Origin: Felis catus
Taxonomy: Eukaryota
Direction of reading: 5' to 3'
Length of the DNA: 64,000 nt
Assembly: GCF_018350175.1 (NCBI RefSeq)
Contig: NC_058368.1
Span: 98,272,001 to 98,336,000 of the forward strand
Shown: in pieces, positions 36,211 through 47,702 of the stretch
Layout of the letters: each line of letters begins with the position of its first letter
Position numbering within the stretch: position 1 is the first letter of the stretch
Translations under genes and position numbers: made by a program
Notes under the pieces: generated by a model
Seen by the model: the letters and a program-made list of their open reading frames with translations, nothing else
Told to the model about the DNA's origin: nothing
Databases searched by the model: none

Positions 36211-39200
36211 ATGACTCTCAACCCGTATCTTTCTATAATAACACTGAATGTAAATGGATTAAATGCACCAACCAAAAGACATAGGGTATCAGAATGGATA
36301 AAAAAACAAGACCCATCTATTTGCTGTCTACAAGAGACTCATTTTAGACCTGAGGACACCTTTAGATTGAGAGTGAGGGGATGGAGAACTATTTATCATG
36401 CGACTGGAAGCCAAAAGAAAGCTGGAGTAGCCATACTTATATCAGACAAACTAGACTTTAAATTAAAGGCTGTAAGAAGAGATGAAGAAGGACATTATAT
36501 AATAGTTACAGGGTCTATCCATCAGGAAGAGCTAACAATTATAAATGTCTATGCGCCGAATACCGGAGCCCCCAAATATATAAAACAATTACTCATAAAC
36601 ATAAGCAACCTTATTGATAAGAATGTGGTAATTGCAGGGGACTTTAACACCCCACTTACAGAAATGGACAGATCATCTAGACACACGGTCAATAAAGAAA
36701 CAAGGGCCCTGAATGAGACATTGGATCAGATGGACTTGACAGATCTATTTAGAACTCTGCATCCCAAAGCAACAGAATATACTTTCTTCTCGAGTGCACA
36801 TGGAACATTCTCCAAGATAGATCATATACTGGGTCACAAAACAGCCCTTCATAAGTTTACAAGAATTGAAATGATACCATGCATACTTTCAGACCACAAT
36901 GCTATGAAGCTTGAAATCAACCACAGAAAAAAGTCTGGAAAACCTCCAAAGGCATGGAGGTTAAAGAACACCCTACTAACGAATGAGTGGGTCAACCAGG
37001 CAATTAGAGAAGAAATTAAAAAATATATGGAAACAAACGAAAATGAAAATACAACAATCCAAACGCTTTGGGACGCAGCGAAAGCAGTCCTGAGAGGAAA
37101 ATACATTGCAATCCAGGCCTATCTCAAGAAACAAGAAAAATCCCAAATACAAAATCTAACAGCACACCTAAAGGAACTAGAAGCAGAACAGCAAAGGCAG
37201 CCTAAACCCAGCAGAAGAAGAGAAACAATAAAGATCAGAGCAGAAATAAACAATATAGAATCTAAAAAAAAACTGTAGAGCAGATCAACGAAACCAAGAG
37301 TTGGTTTTTTGAAAAAATAAACAAAATTGACAAACCTCTAGCCAGGCTTCTCAAAAAGAAAAGGGAAATGACCCAAATAGATAAAATCATGAATGAAAAT
37401 GGAATTATTACAACCAATCCCTCAGAGATACAAACAATTATCAGGGAATACTATGAAAAATTATATGCCAACAAATTGGACAACCTGGAAGAAATGGACA
37501 AATTCCTGAACACTCACACTTTTCCAAAACTCAATCAGGAGGAAATAGAAAGCTTGAACAGACCCATAACCAGCGAAGAAATTGAATCGGTTATCAAAAA
37601 TCTCCCAACAAATAAGAGTCCAGGACCAGATGGCTTCCCAGGGGAGTTCTACCAGACGTTTAAAGCAGAGATAATACCTATCCTTCTCAAGCTATTCCAA
37701 GAAATAGAAAGGGAAGGAAAACTTCCAGACTCATTCTATGAAGCCAGTATTACTTTGATTCCTAAACCAGACAGAGACCCAGTCAAAAAAGAGAACTACA
37801 GGCCAATATCCCTGATGAATATGGATGCAAAAATTCTCAATAAGATACTAGCAAATCGAATTCAACGGCATATAAAAAGAATTATTCACCATGATCAAGT
37901 GGGATTCATTCCTGGGATGCAGGGCTGGTTCAATATTCGCAAATCAATCAACGTGATACATCACATTAACAAAAAAAAAGAGAAGAACCATATGATCCAG
38001 TCAATCGATGCAGAAAAGGCCTTTGACAAAATCCAGCACCCTTTCTTAATAAAAACCCTTGAGAAAGTCGGGATAGAAGGAACATACTTAAAGATCATAA
38101 AAGCCATTTATGAAAAGCCCACAGCTAACATCATCCTCAACGGGGAAAAACTGAGAGCTTTTCCCCTGAGATCAGGAACACGACAAGGATGCCCACTCTC
38201 ACCGCTGCTGTTTAACATAGTGCTGGAAGTTCTAGCATCAGCAATCAGACAACAAAAGGAAATCAAAGGCATCAAAATTGGCAAAGATGAAGTCAAGCTT
38301 TCGCTTTTTGCAGATGACATGATATTATACATGGAAAATCCGATAGACTCCACCAAAAGTCTACTAGAACTGATACATGAATTCAGCAAAGTTGCAGGAT
38401 ACAAAATCAATGTACAGAAATCAGTTGCATTCTTATACACTAACAATGAAGCAACAGAAAGACAAATAAAGAAACTGATCCCATTCACAATTGCACCAAG
38501 AAGCATAAAATACCTAGGAATAAATCTAACCAAAGATGTAAAGGATCTATATGCTGAAAACTATAGAAAGCTTATGAAGGTAATTGAAGAAGATTTAAAG
38601 AAATGGAAAGACATTCCCTGCTCATGGATTGGAAAAATAAATATTGTCAAAATGTCAATACTACCCAAAGCTATCTACACATTCAATGCAATCCCAATCA
38701 AAATTGCACCAGCATTCTTCTCAAAACTAGAACAAGCAATCCTAAAATTCATATGGAACCACAAAAGGCCCCGAATAGCCAAAGGAATTTTGAAGAAGAA
38801 GACCAAAGCAGGAGGCATCACAATCCCAGACTTTAGCCTCTACTACAAAGCTGTCATCATCAAGACAGCATGGTATTGGCACAGAAACAGACACATAGAC
38901 CAATGGAATAGAATAGAAACCCCAGAACTAGACCCACAAACGTATGGCCAACTCATCTTTGACAAAGCAGGAAAGAACATCCAATGGAAAAAAGACAGCC
39001 TCTTTAACAAATGGTGCTGGGAGAACTGGACAGCAACATGCAGAAGGTTGAAACTAGACCACTTTCTCACACCATTCACAAAAATAAACTCCAAATGGAT
39101 AAAGGACCTAAATGTGAGACAGGAAACCATCAAAACCTTAGAGGAGAAAGCAGGAAAAGACCTCTCTGACCTCATCCGTAGCAATCTCTTACTCGACACA

Positions 39201-40037
39201 TCCCCAAAGGCAAGGGAATTAAAAGCAAAAGTGAATTACTGGGACCTTATGAAGATAAAAAGCTTCTGCACAGCAAAGGAAACAACCAACAAAACTAAAA
39301 GGCAACCAACGGAATGGGAAAAGATATTCGCAAATGAAATATCGGACAAAGGGCTAGTATCCAAAATCTATAAAGAGCTCACCAGACTCCACACCCGAAA
39401 AACAAATAACCCAGTGAAGAAATGGGCAGAAAACATGAATAGACACTTCTCTAAAGAAGACATCCGGATGGCCAACAGGCACATGAAAAGATGTTCAGCG
39501 TCGCTCCTTATCAGGGAAATACAAATCAAAACCACACTCAGGTATCACCTCACGCCAGTCAGAGTGGCCAAAATAAACAAATCAGGAGGCTATAGATGCT
39601 GGAGAGGATGTGGAGAAACGGGAACCCTCTTGCACTGTTGGTGGGAATGCAAATTGGTGCAGCCGCTCTGGAAAGCAGTGTGGAGGTTCCTCAGAAAATT
39701 AAAAATAGACCTACCCTATGACCCAGCAATAGCACTGCTAGGAATTTACCCAAGGGATACAGGAGTACTGATGCATAGGGCCACTTGTACCCCAATGTTC
39801 ATAACAGCACTCTCAACAATAGCCAAATTATGGAAAGAGCCTAAATGTCCATCAACTGATGAATGGATAAAGAAATTGTGGTTTATATACACAATGGAAT
39901 ATTACGTGGCAATGAGAAAAAATGAAATATGGCCTTTTGTAGCAACGTGGATGGAACTGGAGAGTGTGATGCTAAGTGAAATAAGCCATACAGAGAAAGA
40001 CAGATACCATATGGTTTCACTCTTATGTGGACCCTGA
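36211..40037 (+). pseudogene. L1 ORF2p (APE endonuclease, RT, CCHC) with a single +2 frameshift at the A9 run 37264-37272
   Basis: ATG at 36211 (MTLNPYLSIITLNVNGLN); EN motifs LQETH, GDFNT, SDH; RT motifs QGCPLSP, FADD; CWRGC..HCWWEC. Removing two A gives ...[11 protein letters not shown]... and a 1274-aa frame. Confidence 0.95.
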
Positions 40038-40266
40038 GAAATTAACAGGAACCCATGGGGGAGGGGAAGGAAAAAAAAAAAAAAACAGGTTAGAGTGGGA
40101 GAGAGCCAAAGCATAAGAGACTCTTAAAAACTGAGAACAAACTGAGGGTTGATGGGGGGTGGGAGGGAGGAGAGGGTGGGTGATGGGTATTGAGGAGGGC
40201 ACCTTTTGGGATGAGCACTGGGTGTTGTATGGAAACTAATTTGTCAATAAATTTCATATAAAAAAA

Positions 40267-40323
<57 letters not shown>

Positions 40324-41079
40324 GAAAAAAAAAATAAAGTGTACCCCATTTTTCCAGATCAGGAGAGTAAAGCAAAGAGAGGTTAAATACATAGACAAAG
40401 TAGAAAGTGTATAAGTGTCATCATGAGGATTGGACACAGGTCTAGAGTAGGCTCTAACCACCCCTTACATAGCCTCTAGAGAATGTAGATTTGCCTCCCA
40501 CATATATACAACTTTGGCTCTTCCTGCTCCTAGATGCTATGGCATTTATCCATATGAATTTAGAAGGTAGGGGAGTGATAGCACTTTCCTCTTTGAAAAA
40601 TGGCCTAGTACAGTTTCCTGGGAATGCTGTTCCTCTCCTTAGAAGGGATGGTGAGGGGCAGGAAGAAGGAGAGGTATAGATCAGTGGTTTCCATATGGTC
40701 ACATGGTTCCAGATGGTTCTTTCATCACATTTCACATGAAGGAAATTAAAATCCAAATAGACTTTGTTTCTGTCTTTTTCTGTAAGGGTTGCTGATTACA
40801 GGATCTACTTACTCATGCGTGAGAATATTGATCATTTGGGTCCACTGAGTTCAGAAATTTCTGTGCAAGAATATCTAAAAGTGTCCAATTAAAAAAAAAT
40901 ATTTCTAGACACATAATTAAATGAACTGTAGCCAAGATCACTAAACTGAGTGTATGTATATACATGAATGATTTCTGAAAGTAAATATATCAAAATACAA
41001 TTGGTATTTATATAGAACACTTGGTATTGATGTATGGTTCTATCATTTATTCTAATCCTGCCTGAGCAGAGGACTGGAG

Positions 41080-41232
41080 AAAGTTTCCTAACTGGGGCAC
41101 TTAAAAAAAAAATAGTGATTTCCCCCTGCTCCCAATGCTACTGAACAAAATTGCCGGGCATGGAACCCAAGAATCTCTAGATTTAAAATGCTGCCTAGGT
41201 GATTCTTATGATCATTTCAGTTTGACCAACAG
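41080..41232. mobile_element. MER5-like hAT MITE remnant
   Basis: gggcatggaacccaagaatctctagatttaaaatgctgcctaggtgattcttatg...cagtttga. Confidence 0.55.
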
Positions 41233-41397
41233 TCTTAAACCATTCTGGCTTTTGGCAGAAAGAGAACAACTATTTCAGTATCTTTCAGTGCATTAATCAA
41301 AGGAGTGTCTCTCAGGTTATTTCTTGGACCGTATCATGTGTCGCTGTTGGCTGCAGCTGCTTAGGGCTTTGCCATTTAACTATTTCATGCCTGTTAG

Positions 41398-41655
41398 GTT
41401 TGGGCACATTTGTGCATGACTGTGATGGAGGCGCTTCACACTTCTGAAGCTTATTTGCAGAAATACTGTCTGTTGGAAATCAAACGATGCTGCAGTGGGA
41501 AAACAAATCACTCCAGCACGATGGATCAGATCTTTGAGACACTGCTACAAGTGTTAAATAAGTTGTTGAAGACATGCCAAGTAGCGAATGAGAAAACAGT
41601 TGCTGGTTTGAGAAATATTTTGGAAGTGTCTGGTAATTCAAATTTAGCAGGGAAG
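41398..41655 (+). other. Candidate exon (258 nt, open phase 0-0 frame) of an unidentified host gene
   Basis: tttaac...ctgttAG|GTTTGG acceptor and GGGAAG|GTAATT donor; 86 stop-free codons; non-repetitive and CpG-retaining; protein not recognised. Confidence 0.25.
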
Positions 41656-41967
41656 GTAATTTTACTTATTGAACAAAAGTGATTTATAAATAATCCTGGA
41701 AAATTAAGCAGCTGGACTAGCGCAGGACTTGCATATGTTATGATTTTTAAATGATTCCAAAGCTGACTTAAAATAAATCTGAGCAATTTGAAATAATTTT
41801 ATTTACCAGTGAAACCTCACTCCCTCACTTGCTTACAAGAACTTCATGTGTTTGCTTAGTTTCTGCATAAAGTAGATGATCATTCTACTGAAATACTCTT
41901 TATTTTCTCTGTAAAAAAGGACCACGTCTGACATTTAGGCATCTGAAGTCTCTTACACAACTTACTA

Positions 41968-42168
41968 ATTTATTTTATTTTTTAAGTGTTTATTTATTTT
42001 GAGAAAGAGAGCATGAACAGAGGAGGGGGGAGAGAGAGAGAGAATCCCAAGCAGGCTGCATGTTCATTGCAGAGCCTGACACGGGGCTTAATCTCATGAC
42101 TGTGAGATCACGACCTGAACCGTTAACAAGAGTCAGAAGCTCAACCGACTGCACCGCCCAGGAGCCCC
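41968..42168 (-). mobile_element. Can-SINE
   Basis: gagagaatcccaagcaggctgc...cgcccaggagcccc. Confidence 0.92.
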
Positions 42169-42941
42169 TCAACTTTCTTCAGATAAACAAAGACTAGGTA
42201 ATTGTGAAAGTGACAAAAAGCAAGTTCCTAGAAAGTGATTGTCTTGCTTTCCAACACCACAGCCATGGGGATAGTTACTTGATTTAAGATCATGAGCCCT
42301 CTGAATTTCCGGAACTTGTTCAAAGGAAAAGTGTAGAAAATCCGTCTTGAGCCGTGAGACAGCAACACTGGAGGAGTGTGTTTGGTGTAGTGAAGCTGAA
42401 GTAGGAGTTTAAAAAGAACCATCACAAAAGTAGAATTAGAATTGAGAAGATAATTTGGGGGGCTTCTGGAAACTGCAAAAGGAATTAACAAATTGATTCC
42501 TTATTCTCTGGTCACTCAAGAAGGGGAAATAGATCATTTAAAAAAATTCATAATTTTAACTTTTTGGCTACAATAATATTTTTCTGCTAATAAAGACAAC
42601 ATTTTGGCTAGTGCTTCAAGAACTTCAAGTTGCAAACCTTAAGAATGTGTGAAAGAGGTCTGTATAAAATTGAAGGCAAAGTGAAGAGTCCTTGGAGAGC
42701 AATTATCATGCCTCTTCGTCGTATATTCTCCCTAGGCCTCTAGAGTTTTCAGTGTTTGTGGCACAATAAATATGTCTTAAAGGAATAAACAATGTGAGTA
42801 GAAGTATGCTCTATTGTGCATCATCTCCCCTGAGTTCTGAGTTGTTTTGAAGTGATCTAACATTTTTATTTAACATGAAATTTATTTTAGTACTTATAGT
42901 ACATACATATATATGTATATATAATATTTATATTTGAAGTT

Positions 42942-42966
42942 ATATATATATGTGTATATATATATA

Positions 42967-43022
<56 letters not shown>
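42942..43022 (+). repeat. Compound (TA)n(TG)n(TA)n microsatellite
   Basis: Dinucleotide tracts bracketed by a 17-bp direct repeat. Confidence 0.93.
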
Positions 43023-43024
<2 letters not shown>

Positions 43025-44026
43025 TTTATATTTGAAGTTGATGCTTCTTTTCCAGAATATGAAATATGGTACATAGGGAGGAAGAATAAACTCGCAGTGT
43101 CTAAGTCACTTCCTGTTGAAACTTCCTCCTTTCCTGTGAGGCTCACAAGATCACATGGCTAAAATCTTTTTATTGCTCTTCCATTTTACTTTAAGTGCTG
43201 CACTGAAATGGTTTGTGAATTCTTTTGGGAAATTCTTAGACTCGTACATACCTTTGTTTAAACATGCATAATATAAAGGACTTCAATAATGTTTAGGTGT
43301 CCAGGGACACGGTGCAGGAGGAGGAGTCAATATATCTGTGTACAAAAGTAGTATGGGTTGGTAAGTATTTAGTTTTCCTAATGAATTGTCTGGAAGCTGT
43401 TTTGATGATAGAAACCAGCAGATGGGGTCTTTTGTCAACAGGGAAAAACAAAAGATACCTCTTTAACCTTTAGTCGGTGTTAGGTGTTTAGTCTTGGTGC
43501 TGTGTATTTAGACATCGATATTTTTTGTTGGCATGGAGAGCTTTTGAATTAGTACATTATGTATATTTTTGTATTGTAATTGGAATCAGGAAAAGGTAAA
43601 TTGATGAAAGCTTCGGGTTACCACCCTATTGATAATGTACAAAACCCCCATATTGATCATTAGTACTGCTTTTAAAAAGGCACATTATTTCACCCAGAAT
43701 ATGGCTAAAGTGGCTACATGGCTGTAAGACATATTTTACTCTCCATCTTCTCTTTTCCATTTGTTGGAAGAAAAATTAATCAGTACAGCAACTTGGGACA
43801 TAGTATCTTCCAATTTGTAGAAGTAAAACATTAAAAAATATATTAAAATCATATAAAATGTAGATTGAATATATATAAAGTCATGTAGCAAAAAAAATGA
43901 TTATATTAAGTATGTTAGTCTATCTTTATGCAAGAATTTATATTTTGAGTTAATATTTGTTATAAATTTTTTCAGAGCTCATTACTATGGTCTGAGGAAA
44001 ATAAAGAAATGAGATACCTATTTCTT

Positions 44027-44246
44027 TAAAAAAAATTTTTTTTAACGTTTATTAATCTTTGAGAGACAGAGAGAGACAGAGCATGAGCGGGGAAGGGGAA
44101 GAGAGAGGGAGACACAGAATCTGAAGCAGGCTTCAGGCTCTGAGCTGTTAGCACAGAGCCTGACGTGGGGCTCGAACTCACGGGATGCGGGATCATGACC
44201 TGAGCCGAAGTCGGAGGCTCATCCAACTGAGCCACCCAGGCGCCCC
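44027..44246 (-). mobile_element. Young SINEC_Fc
   Basis: CpG-retaining; perfect TSD agatacctatttctt at 44012-44026 and 44247-44261. Confidence 0.96.
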
Positions 44247-45025
44247 AGATACCTATTTCTTAATACAATTGGAAGAGACTTCAACAATGAACCTAAGTTA
44301 TTTTTTTTGTTTTTGTTTTTATTTTTATTTATTTATTTTTTTAAGCATTACTGTATTTTTTTAAGCATAAGGACATTGAAGAGCTGATCATTACCAACCT
44401 AGAATTTGTTCCCTTTCTTTGAAGTTAACGTTCCAGAGTAGATAGGAAGGGTTTGGTAAGTCTCCCTTGTCATGAAGTTAAGAAGAAACTTTTCAGTTAA
44501 AAAAAAAAAAAGAAAAAAGCAGAGCAGGTATTGCTTTAAAGTATAAGTGAGCACTTAATGTCAACTGAGAAATGTATGTTATGATTTATCAGAATGTGTC
44601 TGCTACCATTGTATGTTTTAATCTCTGGTCGTTAATTTTTGATTTTTAAAAATTATTTGCCACACCTACAATATTGGCTGTGGTTTGTGCCTATAAATTA
44701 CATGCTCAATAAATTTAATGGTGAAATCTGATTACTCCTATGAATCAAGTTTTGTTCAGAGATGGCTTTTGTTTTAGGAAGCTGTACTTGACCACACGTA
44801 GCACTGTGTGCAAAATAAATGGACTGATTCTGCTGCAGTGTAGACATAGTGAGATTTCTGGATAAATTGGTAAGCACTGGTTCCAGAAGTCTTATTCCCA
44901 TTTGATTAGAAAACTTCAGGTGTCCTGTTTGAGTATTGTTCTCTGTATTATAGCTCTGTGGGTTGACAATAGACAGGAAGGACCTAGGCACAAGCCATGA
45001 TTATGGATTAAAAAAAAAATGTATG

Positions 45026-45159
45026 GAGTTGACTACTTGGCTCCGTCGATGAAGCATCTGACTCTTGATCTCAGCTCAGTTCTTGTTGTCAGGGTTGTGA
45101 GTTTAAGCCCCATGTCGGGCTCTGGGCTGGACATGGAGCCTAATTAAAAATTTAAAAAA
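45026..45159 (+). mobile_element. Short Can-SINE lacking the CT tract
   Basis: gcatctgactcttgatctcagctcag...gtgagtttaagccccatgtcgggctctg...ggagcct plus A tail; TSD aaaatgtatg. Confidence 0.8.
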
Positions 45160-45169
45160 AAAATGTATG

Positions 45170-45317
45170 AGCTAGGTGGGTGATGGGCATTAAGGAAGGC
45201 ACTTGTTGGGATGAACATTGGGTGTTTTGGGTAAGTGATGAATCTACTCCTGAAACCAATACTACATGGAATGTTAACTAAGTTGAATTTAAATAAATAG
45301 ATAAATAAAAAAAAAAA

Positions 45318-45354
<37 letters not shown>
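45170..45354 (+). mobile_element. 5'-truncated carnivore L1 3' end with (AAAT)n tail
   Basis: gggtgatgggcattaaggaaggcacttgttgggatgaacattgggtgtt is homologous to the L1 3' UTR at ~40177-40230; TSD aaaatgtatg. Confidence 0.85.
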
Positions 45355-45356
<2 letters not shown>

Positions 45357-46115
45357 AATGTATGCGACAAAGAAAGCATAATGAAGCAGAGTGTTTATTG
45401 TCTGTGTTTACTTTGCTACCACTTATACCCACCCTTGTAGGGAAATGTATAATGTTTATAACATATGTTTTTTGCCCTTGTCATGTCATTTGCTGCTTCT
45501 AATCTCCATATTGCCCACTGGGTGTTATGTTCTTTTAAAACAGGAATTGAAAACCCAAGCTAAAAGGAATAACCAACATGGCAGCATGCCAAGTGCTGAA
45601 TGCTGCATTAGGCTGGTGCAAACGAAGACATTTTAATAAGTAAAAGATAGCAGCAAGACTGCCAGTACTCCTTTGCCAGAAAAGCCATAGGGTAGGTGAA
45701 GAGTATAGGAAGGAGGTTTAAAAGTATTCGATAGAAATTAAATTGGGAGACACATGAGACAATTCTAAGTGGTCTCCTGGGGATATGAAGAAATTAAAGC
45801 AATTAAACAATCTGGTAACACAGAGTACAAACCAAATAGGATCTCTCGCGTTCTCTTTTTTATAACTTCACATTAGATGGTAGTTTATGTCTTCCAAGGT
45901 TATATTCATGCACTGTTGAGGCAGTCTCTTACTGGCAGTGCTCTGGTTAATGATCTGCCTCCATATGCTCTGTCCATCGCTCCCTTTATTTAATACCTCC
46001 CTTTATAACTCACTCCCTCATCCATTCTGTACACTAATTCCAGATTAATTTTGTCTTACCAAATGTGGTACATTCTACTGGTTGTCTATTCAATAGCCAG
46101 TGCTCCCCACCCCCT

Positions 46116-46116
<1 letters not shown>

Positions 46117-46156
<40 letters not shown>
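46117..46156 (+). repeat. Pure poly(T)40
   Basis: Homopolymer. Confidence 0.95.
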
Positions 46157-46159
<3 letters not shown>

Positions 46160-46792
46160 TAATAGACCCATGGTTGAGCAACAGTAAAATGCCCAATGTC
46201 TAAATCATGACAGGTCAGGTCTAATATTGGTGGCCTGTTCTCCTTTGCCAACGTTCAGTCTAGGGTGGGTGTGTAGCCACGTTTTGGCCAAAGAGATGTA
46301 GTCACACTTGTGCTGGGAACTTTGGGACTGTATTTTCTTCCTTGAGAAGGAGAATGCTGCATAAAGGGGAGTTGATTATTATGATGCATAAGGATAGGAA
46401 GCCCTGAGACTCAAGGTTCAGAGAGTAGAAGGATGTTAACAGCTTAAGGTTTGGAAATGCCGCCATCTGGACTGTCATGTAAGAATAGTTAAGAGTGTGA
46501 CGCTTAATCCACTGAGCCACCCAGGCACTCCCAGATATTTATATCTCTGTTGTTCTTTGTCTCTTCCTGTATATTGAAGTTGCCATATTGGTCACTTTCC
46601 TTCAGTTTGAATAACATGAATTTGCTTCATGTTTTTTTTTTTATCTAAAAATTTTTTTCTTATCACATTCATATTTGAAGCATATTTTCACTTGATATAA
46701 ATGTCTGAGTTGACAAGTTTTTTTTTTTTTTTAACTATTAAGATTATGTTCTTTTTGGTCTGCACTGCCTGATTAGAAATCAGTCATCACTT

Positions 46793-47000
46793 GGGGGCAC
46801 CTGGTTGGCTCAGTTGGTTAAGCATCTGACTCTTGATTTTGTCTCATGGTTCGTGAGTTCGAGTCCCAAGTTGGGCTCTGTGCTGAGGGTGCAGAGACTG
46901 CTTTGGATTTTCTCTCTCCCTCTCCCTCTCCCTCTGCCCCTCCTCTCTTCTCTCTCTCTCTCTCTTCCTCTCAAAAATAAATAAGTAAACATTAATAAAA
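46793..47000 (+). mobile_element. Can-SINE
   Basis: gggggcacctggttggctcagttggttaag head, CT tract, A tail. Confidence 0.93.
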
Positions 47001-47259
47001 GTCAATTGTCATTTGTTTCATTGCTCTCGCATGTGTTGTTTTTCTTGCTGCTCTCAAGATTTTACCTTGATTTATCATTTTCAGCTGTTAGAAGGTAACG
47101 TATCCAAATGTGTTTTATTTCTATACATTCTTTCTGAGATTTGCTGGCCTTCCTGGATCTTGGTATTTATTTATTTATTTTTTTTACCAAATTATGGTGA
47201 GTTTGAGCCCTCATTTCTTCAAGAATTTTTTCTTTTCCCTTGTCCTTCTATCTGGGACC

Positions 47260-47304
47260 ATTAATATTAATATTAATATTAATATTAATATTAATATTAA
47301 TATT
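47260..47304. repeat. (AATATT)n palindromic hexamer repeat
   Basis: attaatattaatatt... about 7 units. Confidence 0.9.
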
Positions 47305-47490
47305 TATATTTATATATATTTAATGTTTTATACTTATATTTCTATTTTACCATTTATGTTTATGTTTTACCACTTAATTTTGACTCATGCATCTTTGAGT
47401 CTCTATTTTTTTCTTTTTCTTCTGTTGTTTCCAAGCTGTTGTTAACCCATTCACTCACCCCCTTTTGCTTTTAAAATATTTTACTTTTCA

Positions 47491-47702
47491 GGGTGCCTGG
47501 GTGGCTCAGTTGGTTAACATCTGACTTCAGTTCAGGTCATATCTCATGGTCCATGAATTCGAGCCCCGTGTCGGGCTCTGTGCTGACAGCTCAGAGCCTG
47601 GAGCCTGCTTCCGATTCTGTGTCTCCCTCTCTCTGCCCCTCCCCTGTTCACACTCTGTCTGTCTCTCTCTCTCTCAAAAATAAATAAACATTAAAAAAAT
47701 TC
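47491..47702 (+). mobile_element. SINEC_Fc-type SINE
   Basis: TSD aaatattttacttttca at 47474-47490 and 47703-47719. Confidence 0.95.

Larger units (their letters stand above)
34338..40335 (+). mobile_element. Full-length young felid LINE-1 (L1_Fc-like), ~6.0 kb
   Basis: CpG-rich 5' UTR starting ggagaagcagcaagatggcgg, ORF1, 50-nt spacer, ORF2, G-rich 3' UTR, (AAAT)n/A tail; perfect TSD (t)aaagtgtaccccattt at 34321-34337 and 40335-40351; TT/AAAG endonuclease site; inserted in a MIR-like sequence. Confidence 0.99.

Noticed and set aside
35464..39199. Antisense ORFs of 85-150 aa within L1 ORF1/ORF2
   Set aside because: By-products of the A-rich sense-strand codon bias of L1.
40154..40180. G-quadruplex-like G-tracts (also ~31020-31045)
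   Set aside because: Real, but a standard feature of L1 3' UTRs, not specific to this locus.
42190..42480. STAT/BCL6-like TTCCTAGAA site and nearby CpGs
   Set aside because: A single 9-mer is expected by chance; insufficient support.
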